Shown: one piece after another, positions 37,729 through 49,877 of the stretch
Position numbering within the stretch: position 1 is the stretch's first letter
Layout: each line of letters begins with the position of its first letter
Assembly (NCBI RefSeq): GCF_004010195.1
Contig: NC_057718.1
Span: 74,382,210 to 74,446,209, forward strand
Direction of reading: 5' to 3'
Length of the DNA stretch: 64,000 nucleotides
Source: Chiloscyllium plagiosum
Taxonomy: Eukaryota
Position numbers and translations under genes: made by a program
The notes under the pieces: generated by a model
Seen by the model: the letters and a program-made list of their open reading frames with translations, nothing else
Told to the model about the DNA's origin: nothing
The model's database searches: none

Positions 37729-38131
37729 CCCCATCCCTTACCAGCTTTCTCATTTCTCCTCCCCCCACCTTTTCTCAGTCCCAACCCTCAGACTCAGCAC
37801 CGCCTTCTTGACCTGCAATCTTCTTCCTGACCTCTCCGCCCCCAACCTCTCTCTGGCCTATCATCCTCACCTTAACCTCCTTCCACCTATCGTATTCCCA
37901 ACGCCCCTCCCCCAAGTCCCTCCTCCCTACCTTTTATCTTAGCCTGCTTGGCACACCCTCCTCATTCCTGAAGAAGGGCTTATGCCCGAAACGTCGATTC
38001 TCCTGCTCCTTTGATGCTGTCTGACCTGCTGTGCTTTTCCAGCAACACATTTTTAAGCCCTGATCTCCAGCATCTGCAACCCTCACGTGCTCCTAGTTGA
38101 TTTTAACCTACTGCGAATCCTCTTGCAAGGA
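37729..38131 (+). mobile_element. Penelope 3' end with hammerhead motif (37964-37999)
   Basis: attcCTGAAGAagggcttatgcccGAAACGTCga and a shared pLTR tail. Confidence 0.85.
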
Positions 38132-38137
38132 CTGCAA

Positions 38138-38902
38138 TTGTTAGCATCAATAAACCTTTTAAGGACTTAGCACAGAAGAAATGGGACACTTGGATGCAAG
38201 AAGGGGTAAAAAGCTTCACAAAGGGTGGCAATATGCGTGCTCCATTACTTACAACTGTATGTGAGTGGATTGTTGAGTCCTGGAAGAAGATGAAAACTGA
38301 AATTATTATGAAAGTCTTCAAAATGTGCAATTTCTAAAGCTTTAGATGGTATGGAGGATGATTATTTATGGTCAGATGGGAGTGATGACAAATCTTTTGA
38401 TGATCCTCTGAGAGTTCAGATGAAGATGATATGCTTGACCCACATGACTAGAATGGTGCAACTAATGAGGACAGGGAATTTGAAGAATTCTAATGGATTT
38501 TTGCATGTACCGGTAATTTTTGTTTTAAGCAGCTATCCCATAATATTTATGATATACAGTTAGAAGAATATTTTGCTGTGAACATTAGTTTCTTATGTAA
38601 AGTATTTATCGTATATTATTAACAATTTCATGCGGTCCTTCTTTAATAAAATACAATTAATCATTTTTTTGTTTTTATTGCTCTTATGTTTTTATTTCAT
38701 GAATTTTGTGTTGTACAAATATGGTGAAAGTGGATACTGCAGATGCAGGAGATTAGAGTCAAGATTAGAGTGGTGCTGGAAAAGCACTGCAGGCCAGGCA
38801 GCATCCGAGGAGCAGGAAAATCAATTTTTCGGGCAAAAGCCACCTGCTGGTATGTCTATTAACTTTTGTACATATGTGTAGACCTACATGCACTTTACGG
38901 TA
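38138..38902 (+). mobile_element. pogo/Tigger-family DNA transposon, transposase C-terminus and 3' end (Penelope pLTR inserted at about 38725-38841)
   Basis: VSINKPFKDLAQKKWDTWMQEGVKSFTKGGNMRAPLLTTVCEWIVESWKKMKTEIIMKVFKMC..ALDGMEDDYLW; ends ..TACGGTA. Confidence 0.8.
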
Positions 38903-39068
38903 ATTGGAATATGGTACAATAGTACCATTCTACCGTAGCAGGCAGAGTGGTGACAGTTATTTTGTAGATAAATATTCAACAATAACCATATTCTTTTTCC
39001 TTTTGTTGTTTATTATTTTATATAGTGATCTGGCTCTAGTTTGTCCATTTTTCACCCCCTTGAAAACA

Positions 39069-39150
39069 ATACCTCGTGTATAAATTGACCCCCTAATTTC
39101 AGCATAAAAAATTCTTCAAAACTCAATCTATACCCGAGTATATACGGTAA
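39069..39150. mobile_element. Short pogo-type MITE or terminal fragment
   Basis: ends CTATACCCGAGTATATACGGTA, a pogo-type terminus. Confidence 0.55.
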
Positions 39151-39329
39151 GTAGAACAATTGGTGGGAATGTAGCAAGGCTCAAACCTGATGTTGCTGAC
39201 AGGACTGCAAGGCAAAACACCTTCCATTTTCAAACAAGCCTCAACTGTGTATTAAACATGAAAAATGGCTGCCAGCATACACAGAGTGTGTAGTGAAAAT
39301 TTGTTTTATTCAACCTGTGAAGGAGGAGT

Positions 39330-40260
39330 CCACTTGTGGGCATTGTGAAGGCCTTCAAGAGGCAATTGTGTTAATCAGGCACAGACCTCATTGACATTTC
39401 CTTCAAATGAGCGAAGCTCAGTACTGCTACTGATTGAGGAGACTGTAATAGAACTGTGTCATCTAAAGAACTTGATACCTGAGAGGCTGGGAGGTTATCC
39501 TGTTCAAGTGATGATCAAGGTGGCAGGTGCTCTGAGTTTTCTAAGGCTTCTTCTAAGGATCAATTAAGGACCTGTGTGGAATCTTTCAATCCTCAACTCA
39601 CAAATGTGTCAAGACTGTTATGAAGCAAATTGTGCCAGATCACACACTTCATCTCATTTCCCCATGGTGGGTTCGGTGTTACAGTCTGGGCAGTAGGCTT
39701 TGCCAACAAAGTGACTTCCCCCAGCTGCAGGCCGTGATAGACCGAGAGCACTCTGTCATGGTGTGGCTGAATTCATTAATAAGAAAGGGTTCTCGTTGGT
39801 CAACATCTAAGTCATCTATGATTATTGTTACCATATCTCAGAAGTCTGCACCATGTACACTGAAAGTTTCTATGATGTCTTCCGCTTTGATAACTCCCAA
39901 GTTCCTGCTCCATTCCAAGTGTCAGATGCCTTACAAGAGTGCTTACTGAACTACCATCTGCAACTATGGCTGATGACTATTCCCCAACTCCCTGGTGTAG
40001 AATGAATATGGATATACTGGAGTCAGGTATTCCTATGTGTCCTGAGAGGACAGTCCTGGGGATGTACTTTGCTCCTCCTCCATCTGAATATTTGTTGGTA
40101 CTACCTGTCTGCTTTCAAGAACGGAGCATATGGAGTGAAGTCAAGATCCTGCTGTCTTGATGTAGTGACTAAAGTGATAGTGTGGAGGTCTGTGTGCATT
40201 TTCGGTAGCCAGAGAGCATTTGCTGCACTCTGGCTTTTTATGATGGTCACTTAGTTGTCC
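39330..40260 (+). mobile_element. Harbinger (HARBI1-like) transposase relic
   Basis: Across frames: FLQMSEAQ, DFPQLQAVID..H, EFINKKGFSLVNI*VIYD, YHLQLWLMT, SRSCCLD, matching the Harbinger DDE motif order. Confidence 0.65.
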
Positions 40261-41738
40261 ATGCAACTGCACAAGATGCTGATGAGATTATATGCTGGAG
40301 TAGGGTGAACAGTTTTGCTCCCCTTATGTAAGAAAAAATATGTAAGAAAAGAAAGGCATTGTGAGTGAAAGAACTAAAGGGGTTGATGGAGTTCATGTTT
40401 AGGTCAGCCACAATGAAACTAAATGGGAAAACTGCCTTGAGGAAGACCTAATCCTCTTGCTACTTGCCTCTACTTAAAAATGCAGGGCTGTGAGGAAAGA
40501 ACAGGAGTGTGGGACCAATTGAGTACTCTTTAAAAATGCTGATACAAATCCAATGTCAAAACAGCTGCATTCTAGGCTGTATGATACAATGGAATTAAGC
40601 CACAATTCTATCAGGACAAAACAGAATGTGATATTGTTTAGCATCTCATTATACATACAAAACTTTGTTATCAAGATCATACATAATAGCACAATGCTAC
40701 TGTAAGTGTACTCTGCGTACTTTTTTTTAAAGAAAGGATATAATAAATTAATGGAATGAAAAGCTCCATGAAATCTCATTGTGATTCCCAGGACCATACT
40801 GTCTGAAGCTCTTATCATTGTGATTTGTTTTACAAAACTCATAAAGCTGTTTGTACATTGAAGAATGACCCAATCTTATTTTTACCATTTATTACCTGAA
40901 ATTCAAGTTTGGAGAGATCATGTTTTGCTCAGTTAATATATTTATCACATCTCCAATTCTCTCCAATATCAGCAAACATCCTTAACACCCTGTTGACCAA
41001 GTATTAAAAGATGGTTGGGTTATTCAGAAGTTTTATTGGAACCCATTATGATATTTTCCTTCAGTTTTTGCCATGTTACCATGAATACAATAAAGCATTT
41101 CCAAAGATGCAAAACCATTTGTGTGAAGATATTTCCTGCATCTGAATTCTAAATGACTGATGATTATCCATTTTCTAGATTCCTCAACTTCTCAGTGTTT
41201 ATCCTGTAAAGCTCCTGCAGAATTTTATAGGTCTCTATGAGGTCACCTTTCACTTTTCTAAACTCCTGAGAATATGGCCAGAAACTTACGTATTTTAGTC
41301 TATAAGTCCAAGTCACCTTGGGCTTTCACCTTATCAGACCAAACCGGTCTCATTAATTACATGTAGCTTTTGTCATATCCAATTTCTACCCCATCATACC
41401 ATGTACCATTCCTACAACAACTCATCACTCAGTGAATATCCCTGAATACACTAGCACTCCCAACACAGTGCCAACTTTAAATTTCCATTGTGTATCTTAA
41501 CAAACATTGTCAGTCTGGAGCTGACCTGCACAATTGCTAACATTTTCCCAGGTCATTGGCAGATCGGGGAAATTGGTACCCCCTCCTTGTGGGCATGGTC
41601 TTGGATGTCCTGCTGGATGGGTTGAGTCCAATGTTGACCAGCAGTGGATGTCACGACACCAAACCATGCCATACCGCTCTGAGGATTCCACCCAAATCAG
41701 TGCAGTCTCAGCCATGTGGATACCCAGCACTAGCACTT

Positions 41739-42559
41739 AGTCATAGAGTCATAGAGATGTACAGCATGGAAACAAACCCTTCGGTCCAACCTGTCCATGC
41801 CGACCAGACATCCCAACCCAATCTAGTCCCACCTGCCAGCACCCGGCCCATATTCCTCCAAACCCTTCCTATTCATATACCCATCCAAATGCCGCTTAAA
41901 TGTTGCAATTGTACCAGCCTCCACCACATCCTCTGGCAGCTCATTCCATATACATACCACCCTCTGCGTGAAAAAGTTGCCCCTTAGGTCTCTTTTATAT
42001 CTTTCCCCTCTCACCCTAAACCTATGCCCTCTAGTTTTGGACTCCCTGACCCCAGGGAAAAGACTTTGTCTATTTATCCTATCCATGCCCCTCATAATTT
42101 TGTAAACCTCTATAAGGTCACCCCTCAAACTCTAATGGTTCAGGGAAAACAGCCACAGCCTGTTCAGCCACTGCCTATAGCTCAAATCCTCCAACCCTGG
42201 CACATCCTTGTAAATCTTTTCTGAACCCTTTCAAGGTTCACAACATTTTTCCGATAGGAAGGAGATCAGAATTGCACGCAATATTCCAACAGTGGCCTAA
42301 CCAATGTGCTGTACAGACACAACATGACCTCCCAACTCCTGTACTCAATACTCTGACCAATAAAGGAAAGCATACCAAACGCATTCTTCACTATCCTATC
42401 TACCTGTGACTCCACTTTCAAGGAGCTATGAACCTGCACTCCAAGGTCTCTTTGTTCAGCAACACTCCCTAGGACCTTTCCATTAAGTGTATAAGTCCTG
42501 CTAAGATTTGCTTTCCCAAAATGCAGCACCTCGCATTTATCTGAATTAAACTCCATCTG
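41739..42559 (-). mobile_element. CR1 LINE 3' part (CR1-C family), runs into the assembly gap
   Basis: Highly similar to 33625-34488. Confidence 0.93.
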
Positions 42560-42761
42560 NNNNNNNNNNNNNNNNNNNNNNNNNNNNNNNNNNNNNNNNN
42601 NNNNNNNNNNNNNNNNNNNNNNNNNNNNNNNNNNNNNNNNNNNNNNNNNNNNNNNNNNNNNNNNNNNNNNNNNNNNNNNNNNNNNNNNNNNNNNNNNNNN
42701 NNNNNNNNNNNNNNNNNNNNNNNNNNNNNNNNNNNNNNNNNNNNNNNNNNNNNNNNNNNNN
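42560..42761. other. Assembly gap (N run)
   Basis: N bases. Confidence 1.
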
Positions 42762-42989
42762 AAAACATTTGTTGATACTTGAAAGAAAAATGAAGGCAAG
42801 GTCAAATGTGGAATAGTGAATGTGTGAACAGGATAATTTTTAGTTGAGAACAGATAAATGTCAGGGAGACGAAACAGTTACATTGCTTCTGTCTTCATGG
42901 AGAAAGATTCAGAAAATCTTCTGGAAATACCAAGTGACCATGGAACCTTTGCAACTGAAGATTAAAATCATTAACATCAGTGACGAGGA

Positions 42990-43768
42990 TCATTTTTGGA
43001 TTTTTGGATCATTGGAATCGCCTTTGGGATAGAAGTGACCTGTACAAGAAGGACGTATTGCACCTAAATTGGAAGCGGACTAATATACTGGCAGGAAAAT
43101 TTGCTAGAACTGCTTGGGAGGATTTAAATTAGTAAGGTGGGGTTGGGGGGCAGGGAGATAGTGAGGAAAGAGATCGATCTGAGACTGGTACAATTGAGAA
43201 CAGAAGTGAGTCAAACAGTCAGGGAAAGCAGGAACAAGGTAGGACTAATAACTTAAACTGCATTTATTTCAATGCAAGGGGCCTAACCGACTGCTTAGCC
43301 TGCTTGGCACACAATCCTCGTTCCTGAAGAGGGGCTCATGCTCGAAACGTCGATTCTCCTGCTCCTTGGATGCTGCCTGACCTGCTGTGCATCTCCAGCA
43401 ACACATTTTCACCTCAATTTCTTTCGTCATCCAGCATTCCCTATACCTACCAGCCTTTCCTTTCACCCTAACAGGAATATACTTTCTCTGGATTCTCGTT
43501 ATCTCAGTTCTGAAGGCTTCTCATTTTCCAGCCGTCCCTTTACCTGAGAACATCTGCCTCCAATCAGCTTTCAAAAGTTCTTGCCTAATACCATCAAAAT
43601 TGGCCTTTCCCCAATTTAGAATTTCAACTTTTAGATCTGGTCTATCCTTTTCCATCACTACTTTAAAACGGAATGGAATTATGGTCACTGGCCCCAAAGT
43701 GCTCCCCCACTGACACCTCAGTCACCTGCCCTGCCTTATTTCCCAAGAGTAGGTCAAGTTTTGCACCT
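42990..43768. mobile_element. Rearranged CR1-C-family piece: + fragment 42990-43287, Penelope pLTR about 43293-43410, - fragment 43411-43768
   Basis: The + part matches CR1-C about 12920-13180; the - part matches the reverse complement of CR1-C about 13690-14035. Confidence 0.8.
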
Positions 43769-43774
43769 TTTTGA

Positions 43775-44228
43775 TAGCATTTATGTACAGTTTTGGAATT
43801 CGCAATACAGGAGGGATGTGATAGCACTGAAACATATGCAGAGGAGATTTACCAGGATGTTGACTAGCTGGAAACTTCAGTTTTGAAAAGAGATTCGATA
43901 CACCGAGGTTGTTTTTGTCAGAGATTGTGAGGGGACATAATTTAAGATTCTGAGGAGCATAGATAGGGTAAACAGGAAGAACTGGGATGAATGACCAAGG
44001 GCATTGATTGAAGATAAGGGGCAGGAGGTTTACAGGGAATACAAAGAATCTGGGACTGACTGCCTGTAATGGTGGTAGAGGCAGAAACTCTCACAACACT
44101 TAAGAAATATTTGGATGTGTACTTTGATGGCAAGGCATATAAAACTATAAGCCAAGTGATGCAAAAATTGGCGGAAAGTTTGATGGTCAGAAAGGCATTT
44201 GTTTTCTGTGCTGTAGGTCTCTCTGACA
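43775..44228 (+). mobile_element. Old CR1 3' fragment
   Basis: gcagaggagatttaccaggatgttg and a degraded 3' UTR. Confidence 0.7.
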
Positions 44229-44230
44229 GG

Positions 44231-44521
44231 TGATTGGATTGGATTCCCTACAGTGTGGAAGCAGGCCCTTCGGCCCAACAAGTCCACACTGACCCTCCGA
44301 AGAGTAACCCATCTAGACCCATTTCCCTCTGACTAATACACCTAACACTATGGGCAATGTAACATGGCTAATTCACCTGACCTGCACGTCTTGGACCCAG
44401 AGCACTTGGAGGAACCTCACGCAGTGTGCAAACTCCACACTGACATTGCCCGAGGCCAGAATCAAACCTGGGACCCTGGTGCTGTGAGGCAGCAGTGCTA
44501 ACCACTGTGCCACTGTGCCAC
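44231..44521 (-). mobile_element. HE1-type SINE
   Basis: Same family as 36270-36588. Confidence 0.85.
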
Positions 44522-44546
44522 TCTGCATTGCAAAATATTAAACGAC

Positions 44547-44790
44547 AGGTGGCATGGTACCTCAGTGGTTACCAGTGCTGCCGCATAGCACCAGGAACCT
44601 GGGCTCGCCTCCAGCCTTGGGTCACTGTGTAGAGTTTGCACATTCTCCTCTTGTCTGTGTGGGTTCCTACTGAGTGCTCCAGTTGTCCTGTAGTACCTAA
44701 GGATGTGCAGGCGAGGTGGATGAGCCACGGTAAATGCAGGGCTACAGAGCGAGAGTGATGGCTGGATCAGGATGGGATGCTGTTTGTGTA
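44547..44790 (+). mobile_element. HE1-related SINE, head-to-head with the previous copy
   Basis: ggtggcatggtacctcagtggttaccagtgctgcc head. Confidence 0.7.
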
Positions 44791-46589
44791 TGTAGGAAGA
44801 AGACCAATGTTCTTCTCTATTCTGTCAGAGCCACTCCATTATCTTATGTTTGTTCTGTCTCTGCTACTGATCTCCCATAAGTGCTCATAATTTACCTCTG
44901 TCATTATTGCCTTCAGCATGTTCCACATCCAACACTATGAATGTTGCATACCATTGCACTGCCTAATGACTTGTTCAAGCCAGATCCACACCCGCAGTAG
45001 CTGTGTCACCAACTTTCATCTTCTATAATACCTGCCTCTCTCTCCTTCCATGAAGAAAACAGCCCCCAATAGGGTAGAAAGAGACAGGCTGGGTAGTGTG
45101 CCGCATATCATTTGATTCCTTACCCCTTATGTGGAGAGGAATTTCACTCCGACTGGCAGGAGCAGTGCCTGGATTGGAATACAGGCTGCCCTTGACTGCC
45201 AGAGACTGGTCCTGATTGAAGGCTATTCCCCCTTGACTGAGACCTGCTGACACATATGACAGCTTCCTGGCTTTGCGTCAGCACTACAGAGCATGACAAT
45301 TCAGCAGTGCTATGTGCCTAGCATCTTTGGCTAAAGAGAGAGAGTGCAAAACATTCAAAGCAGGAATGTTATGAACGCCATATAAGCTGAGTGCTCTGAG
45401 GCCAATTAAACAACACAGAAATGTAACGTGGTCCAATCCATTCAGCTGGGTGCATGTCTCTTAGTGCATAGTGTCCTTTGCAGCAACATTGCAACGATAG
45501 GTACAGTCTATGGTTGATCATTGAATTAAAGAAGTGTCGTTTAAATGGATCGGAGATGCGAATGTTAGAGTCTGGACATGGTTTGTATGTGCTTGTTGCC
45601 CATAAAGTGTGCACTATTTGGTGCATGTGCTGAAATTGTCAGGTGCTCTCTCTGGTTTCTTTGTCAAATTTTCCTGTCATGTTTTGTAAAATGTTTGGAG
45701 GCTTAATAATAATAAGGTGAATTGGCTGTTTACGAGGTGTTTGACAAAAAAATAATCTCTGTCAATTGGCTACTCACCATTGCTTGGTGAGAAGTGTGTC
45801 AAACTGCTTGTGAAAATATAAAAGATGGCACAGATTGCCTCCAATATCAAGAATGTCCTCACTGTATCTGTGTCTGATTCTGCCACACATCTCACCATAA
45901 GTCCATATTGCTCAGACCCCTATAAGACTCCCCTTTAGGTCCACTTTACTTAGCCTTTCATCACAGAACAAACCTCTCATCCCAGGGATCAATTAAGTGA
46001 AATTTTGCTGTATCTGTATATCCTAGTACTTGAATTGGCTTAGTGCTTCTGAGTGCCTCTAACTCCTTTAATGCTCTCTAATGCATGCTACTAAAACTCA
46101 CAAAATTTACTAGCAATAAGATCAATCCATCTACTGCAGGGAGAGAGCTTACTTGCTGAGTTTGTTTTCAATGGTAAGAATCTGACTTTTTTTTTGTCTC
46201 TTGCCTGATTAAGTTCACCCACACCTTGTCTCCTCCGGTAATGGAAAATCCTGCCCTATGTGTGGAACAGGAGTTTTATTTACAAATGTTTTTAAAAAAC
46301 ATCTGTTTATGTTTACAGCTTTCTGCTTTACCATCTGTCTAATAACACCCAAGCTTAATCAATAGTATTAAAAACAGTGACTTCATGTCTAACCTGAACA
46401 AATGTATTCTTTCCCTTGGAAAAGCTAAGACCTAATGTTTGGATAATTTAATTTAAAAATGTATATAAAATAACCCTTTGGCTTCAGATCATCTATTTTC
46501 TGTAAGTATAGAACTAGATTTTAAGATATGGAACTGGATTTTCATCTCCAAGGCAAGCAAGGGTTGGGAAAACTCTTGGTACTCTGTGC

Positions 46590-46789
46590 TGAAAATGTGT
46601 TGCTGGAAAAGCGCAGCAGGTCAGGCAGCATCCAAGGAACAGGAGAATCGACGTTTCGGGCATAAGCCCTTCTTCAGGAATGCCCGAAACGTAGATTCTC
46701 CTGTTCCTTGGATGCTGCCTGACCTGCTGCACTTTTCCAGCAACACATTTTCAGCTCTGATCTCCAGCATCTGCAGTCCTCACTTTCTC
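46590..46789. mobile_element. Fold-back Penelope pLTR mini-insertion with hammerhead motif (46646-46681, - strand)
   Basis: About 80-bp inverted arms; 17-bp TSD CTCTTGGTACTCTGTGC at 46573-46589 and 46790-46806. Confidence 0.88.
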
Positions 46790-47339
46790 CTCTTGGTACT
46801 CTGTGCCTACTTCAGGAGGAGTGACTCCAGAGGCATAATTTTTATTTCAGGAGGTGGGAGAGAGTTGGAGTGGGTGCAAGCTGCTATAAAGCCAACTGAT
46901 AGCAAAAAGAGCTCAGAGGGAATCACAGAGGTTGCAGAAGAGGGCTGTTTCTATTATATGCCTCAGTGATGTGGGATATTGTTCCAGTAACAATAAAAGG
47001 AGAAAGGCCCTCTATAACCCATGCTTCATACCAATGGACTGAACATTCTCCATTCATGGCACTTGGTGGCTCTCCACCCAGTCTGATGGCCCTTCATATT
47101 CCCCAGGTCAACCTTTGCTGCTTCCATTTTCATTTATCCATTGCACAGAAGCAATGAACCCTACAGTAATAGTAAAAAAAAGTTTTTAAAAATAATTTCG
47201 CTATCTTTTAAATGAACCTCTTTTCACTACAAGCCAATTAAAAATTCGATCATCTCGACCCTTTGAAGTATCAAAGCAGAAACTGAAAGCACTTAAAATG
47301 TTTATCATGTGTAAAATGTATATACAACAGACGAATGAA

Positions 47340-48500
47340 TCAGAGAGCCAGGGCTGTCAGTCAAGGAATGTGGTAGTTAGATTGTTTCTAGAGATGGTCA
47401 TTGCCTGATATTTGTATACAAATATTATTTTCCACTTGTCAGTCCAAACCTGGATATTGCCCAGATCTTGTTGAATTTGAACATGGACTGCTTCAGTCCA
47501 CGAGGAATGCTTAACAGTGCTTAACATTGTGCAATCACTAGTGAACATCCCCACGTCTGACCTTATAATAGAGGGAAGGTGGTTAGAGGGAAGGTGGGAA
47601 GACTGAAGATGGTTAGGCCTAGAACACACATTGTTGCATCAGTCTACTCTCAATCATCAGTAAAGTGATGAAAGGTGCCAAGTGATTTTTTTCCATACTG
47701 TTGGTTAGATAGTTGGTGTTATAACTGTACTGGAGGAGCTTGGGTAGGGTGTGGCAAGTTTTGGAGCACACGTCTTCAGCACTATTGCTGGAATTTTCAG
47801 GGCCCATAGCCTTTGCAAAAACCATTGTTTCCAAACTGAGTGTACAGTCCATTGCCAGTAAGCTCTCAGTTGTCTGCATGTTTAGTGCTCCATGCAGGTG
47901 ATCACCATTTTCACAGATGTAGAAATCGGCACAAAAGCCTGACTCGAGATGGCCCTCATTTTGAATCGTGTACAATGCCTTTGAAAGTGCTGACACACGT
48001 TTCTATTGATACTGCAATGTTGTCCACTTCTTGGACAGTTCCCAAAACCCAGCACTGTGTCCAGCTGAGTGGAGCTTTGATGGCCTCTCTGCTATAACTA
48101 TGATGACCACCAGCTCCTGCTATTTTGTGCTAATTGGTTACCATTACTGATGTTAGTCTAACTGGTGTATAATTGTCAGTTCCTTTCTCTCCCTCCCTCT
48201 TTAAATAGTGAGGTTACATTTGGCATCCTCTAATTTAGAGGAATTGCTCCAGAGTCGAGAGAATTCTTGAATCCAATATTTTCTGGGCAACTTCCTTTAA
48301 GACTCTGCACTGCAGATTATTGGGCCCTGGTGATTCGTCGGCTTTTAGCCTCGTTAATTTCCCCAGCACCATTTTTTTACTCATATTGATTTAATTTGTA
48401 ATTGCTCTTTCCCAGTGGATGTTGCACAACAAGATTGTTAATCAATCCTTTCTCACTGCACAGAACCCAATCTCGAATAGCCTGTTCTCTGGTTGATTCC
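47340..48500 (-). mobile_element. Degraded CR1-clade LINE fragments
   Basis: NHLPSIIRSDVGMFTSDCTM..IQQDLGNIQVWTDKWKIIF (RT) plus another CR1 piece at 48120-48500. Confidence 0.7.
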
Positions 48501-48628
48501 TGAAATGAGTGTACAGAGGCCAGTGTCCCATCACCAAGTTACATTTTACTTACATGTGCACGGCACATGGACTCTGACCAGCTAACTCAAAGCCAATCCC
48601 TAGAGTGAGAAGACTCTGACACTCATGA

Positions 48629-49063
48629 TTTTTTTTTCTTTTTTGGCTTTCCCCACACATCCACCTAACAGCAGTAGTGCTTATTTTTCCCATGGCGTGT
48701 GTGTGTGCAGGTGTCAGACACAGTGAAGAACATCAAGTGTGTTAATCTTTATTCATATTCCACTACCTGGAAGAAAGGAAACACCTGAGTGGTCAGTGAC
48801 AGGCAGCGCCCTTCTCAGCACAGGGCAATGCTGCGTGGTCAAAAAAGTGAAGGGGAGGGTAGGGATTAAATCAAAATAGAGTTGAGGGGGAAATAAAACA
48901 CTCCACTCCCTGCGGTACCCATCTCTCCCTGAACAGCTGAAGGGTGTTGGTGGATACCCCATCCTCCCTCTCCAGGGACACCCGGAGTCGAACGTAGCCA
49001 TAGAAGAGGGGCAGGCAATCAGCCCTAACAACACACTCCATGACCCGCTGCCTGGAGCTGTTT
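48629..49063 (-). mobile_element. Tx1/L1-clade LINE 3' end
   Basis: A-rich tail on the - strand; ORF2 C-terminus ADCLPLFYGYVRLRVSLERE..TLQLFRERWVPQGVEC; degenerate TSD ACACTC(A/G)TG. Confidence 0.7.
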
Positions 49064-49087
49064 AACACTCGTGTTTATATCTGTCAG

Positions 49088-49806
49088 TGTCGGAGACATT
49101 CGTCCAATAAAGCAGAGATCACAAAACACTGATCAAAGTGAAATTAACAAACCGTTTATTAACAGCGATATGACGGAAGAGAAATTGACCAAGCTGAAAC
49201 AGCACAGACAGTCTGTCCAGGTAGCCAAAACTCTCTTCCCTGAGCTGAGAATCAAGCCAGGTTATATAGGAATACAGTACAATGATGCTAATTAAAATAG
49301 GGAAAATACAATGGTCTTGATAGTCAAGATAATTGTGATAACCGCAAAGCAGTTATCGAAGAATGTCCTAAATTTATGATACAATGAAGCATCCTGGTAG
49401 CATCAATCAGTTCCTAATGGGATCAGGAGATTCCAGCTCTCTTCGAGGGTAGATGAGAATGTCCCTTTTCTTGGGAGTAAGGTATTTTCACTATTGCTCT
49501 CCTGTGAGTGAGGTATTCTGGTGCCTCTCCGTCTGACCTGTCCTTTGTGTGGCTTTGGTATCACTGGGGTATGAGACTGCCCTTAGGGCTTTGGGACAGC
49601 TGTGTTTATCAGGTCCAGGAAGCTTATTGTCAGATTGTCTTCGAAGGTGTATTCCCTAGTCTGTGAGTAACTGTGGTCACGTCTGGTTTTCCTTGTCAGC
49701 CTGTTTGGTCAATGCTCAGGCATTCTGGATGTTCCTTGTATGGTTTAGATAGGCTTGATTTTCTGTGTTCTGTGTGGCCAGGCAGCGTGGCAGATCTTTT
49801 CCCACA
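49088..49806 (-). repeat. ERV-1 3' LTR
   Basis: On the - strand TGTGGGAAAAG...CTCCGACA, preceded by PPT AAAAAAAGAGGGATAT; homologous to 58343-59250. Confidence 0.92.
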
Positions 49807-49877
49807 ATATCCCTCTTTTTTTAAGGGAGGGATGAGAAGGGGGCAATGTAGCTGGACCCAACTCAGTAGAGGTTGTC

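Noticed and set aside
44830..46260. Possible old Harbinger-type remnant ending GGAAAATCCTGCCC (similar motif at 29775)
   Set aside because: Only a terminal motif; no translatable domain recognised
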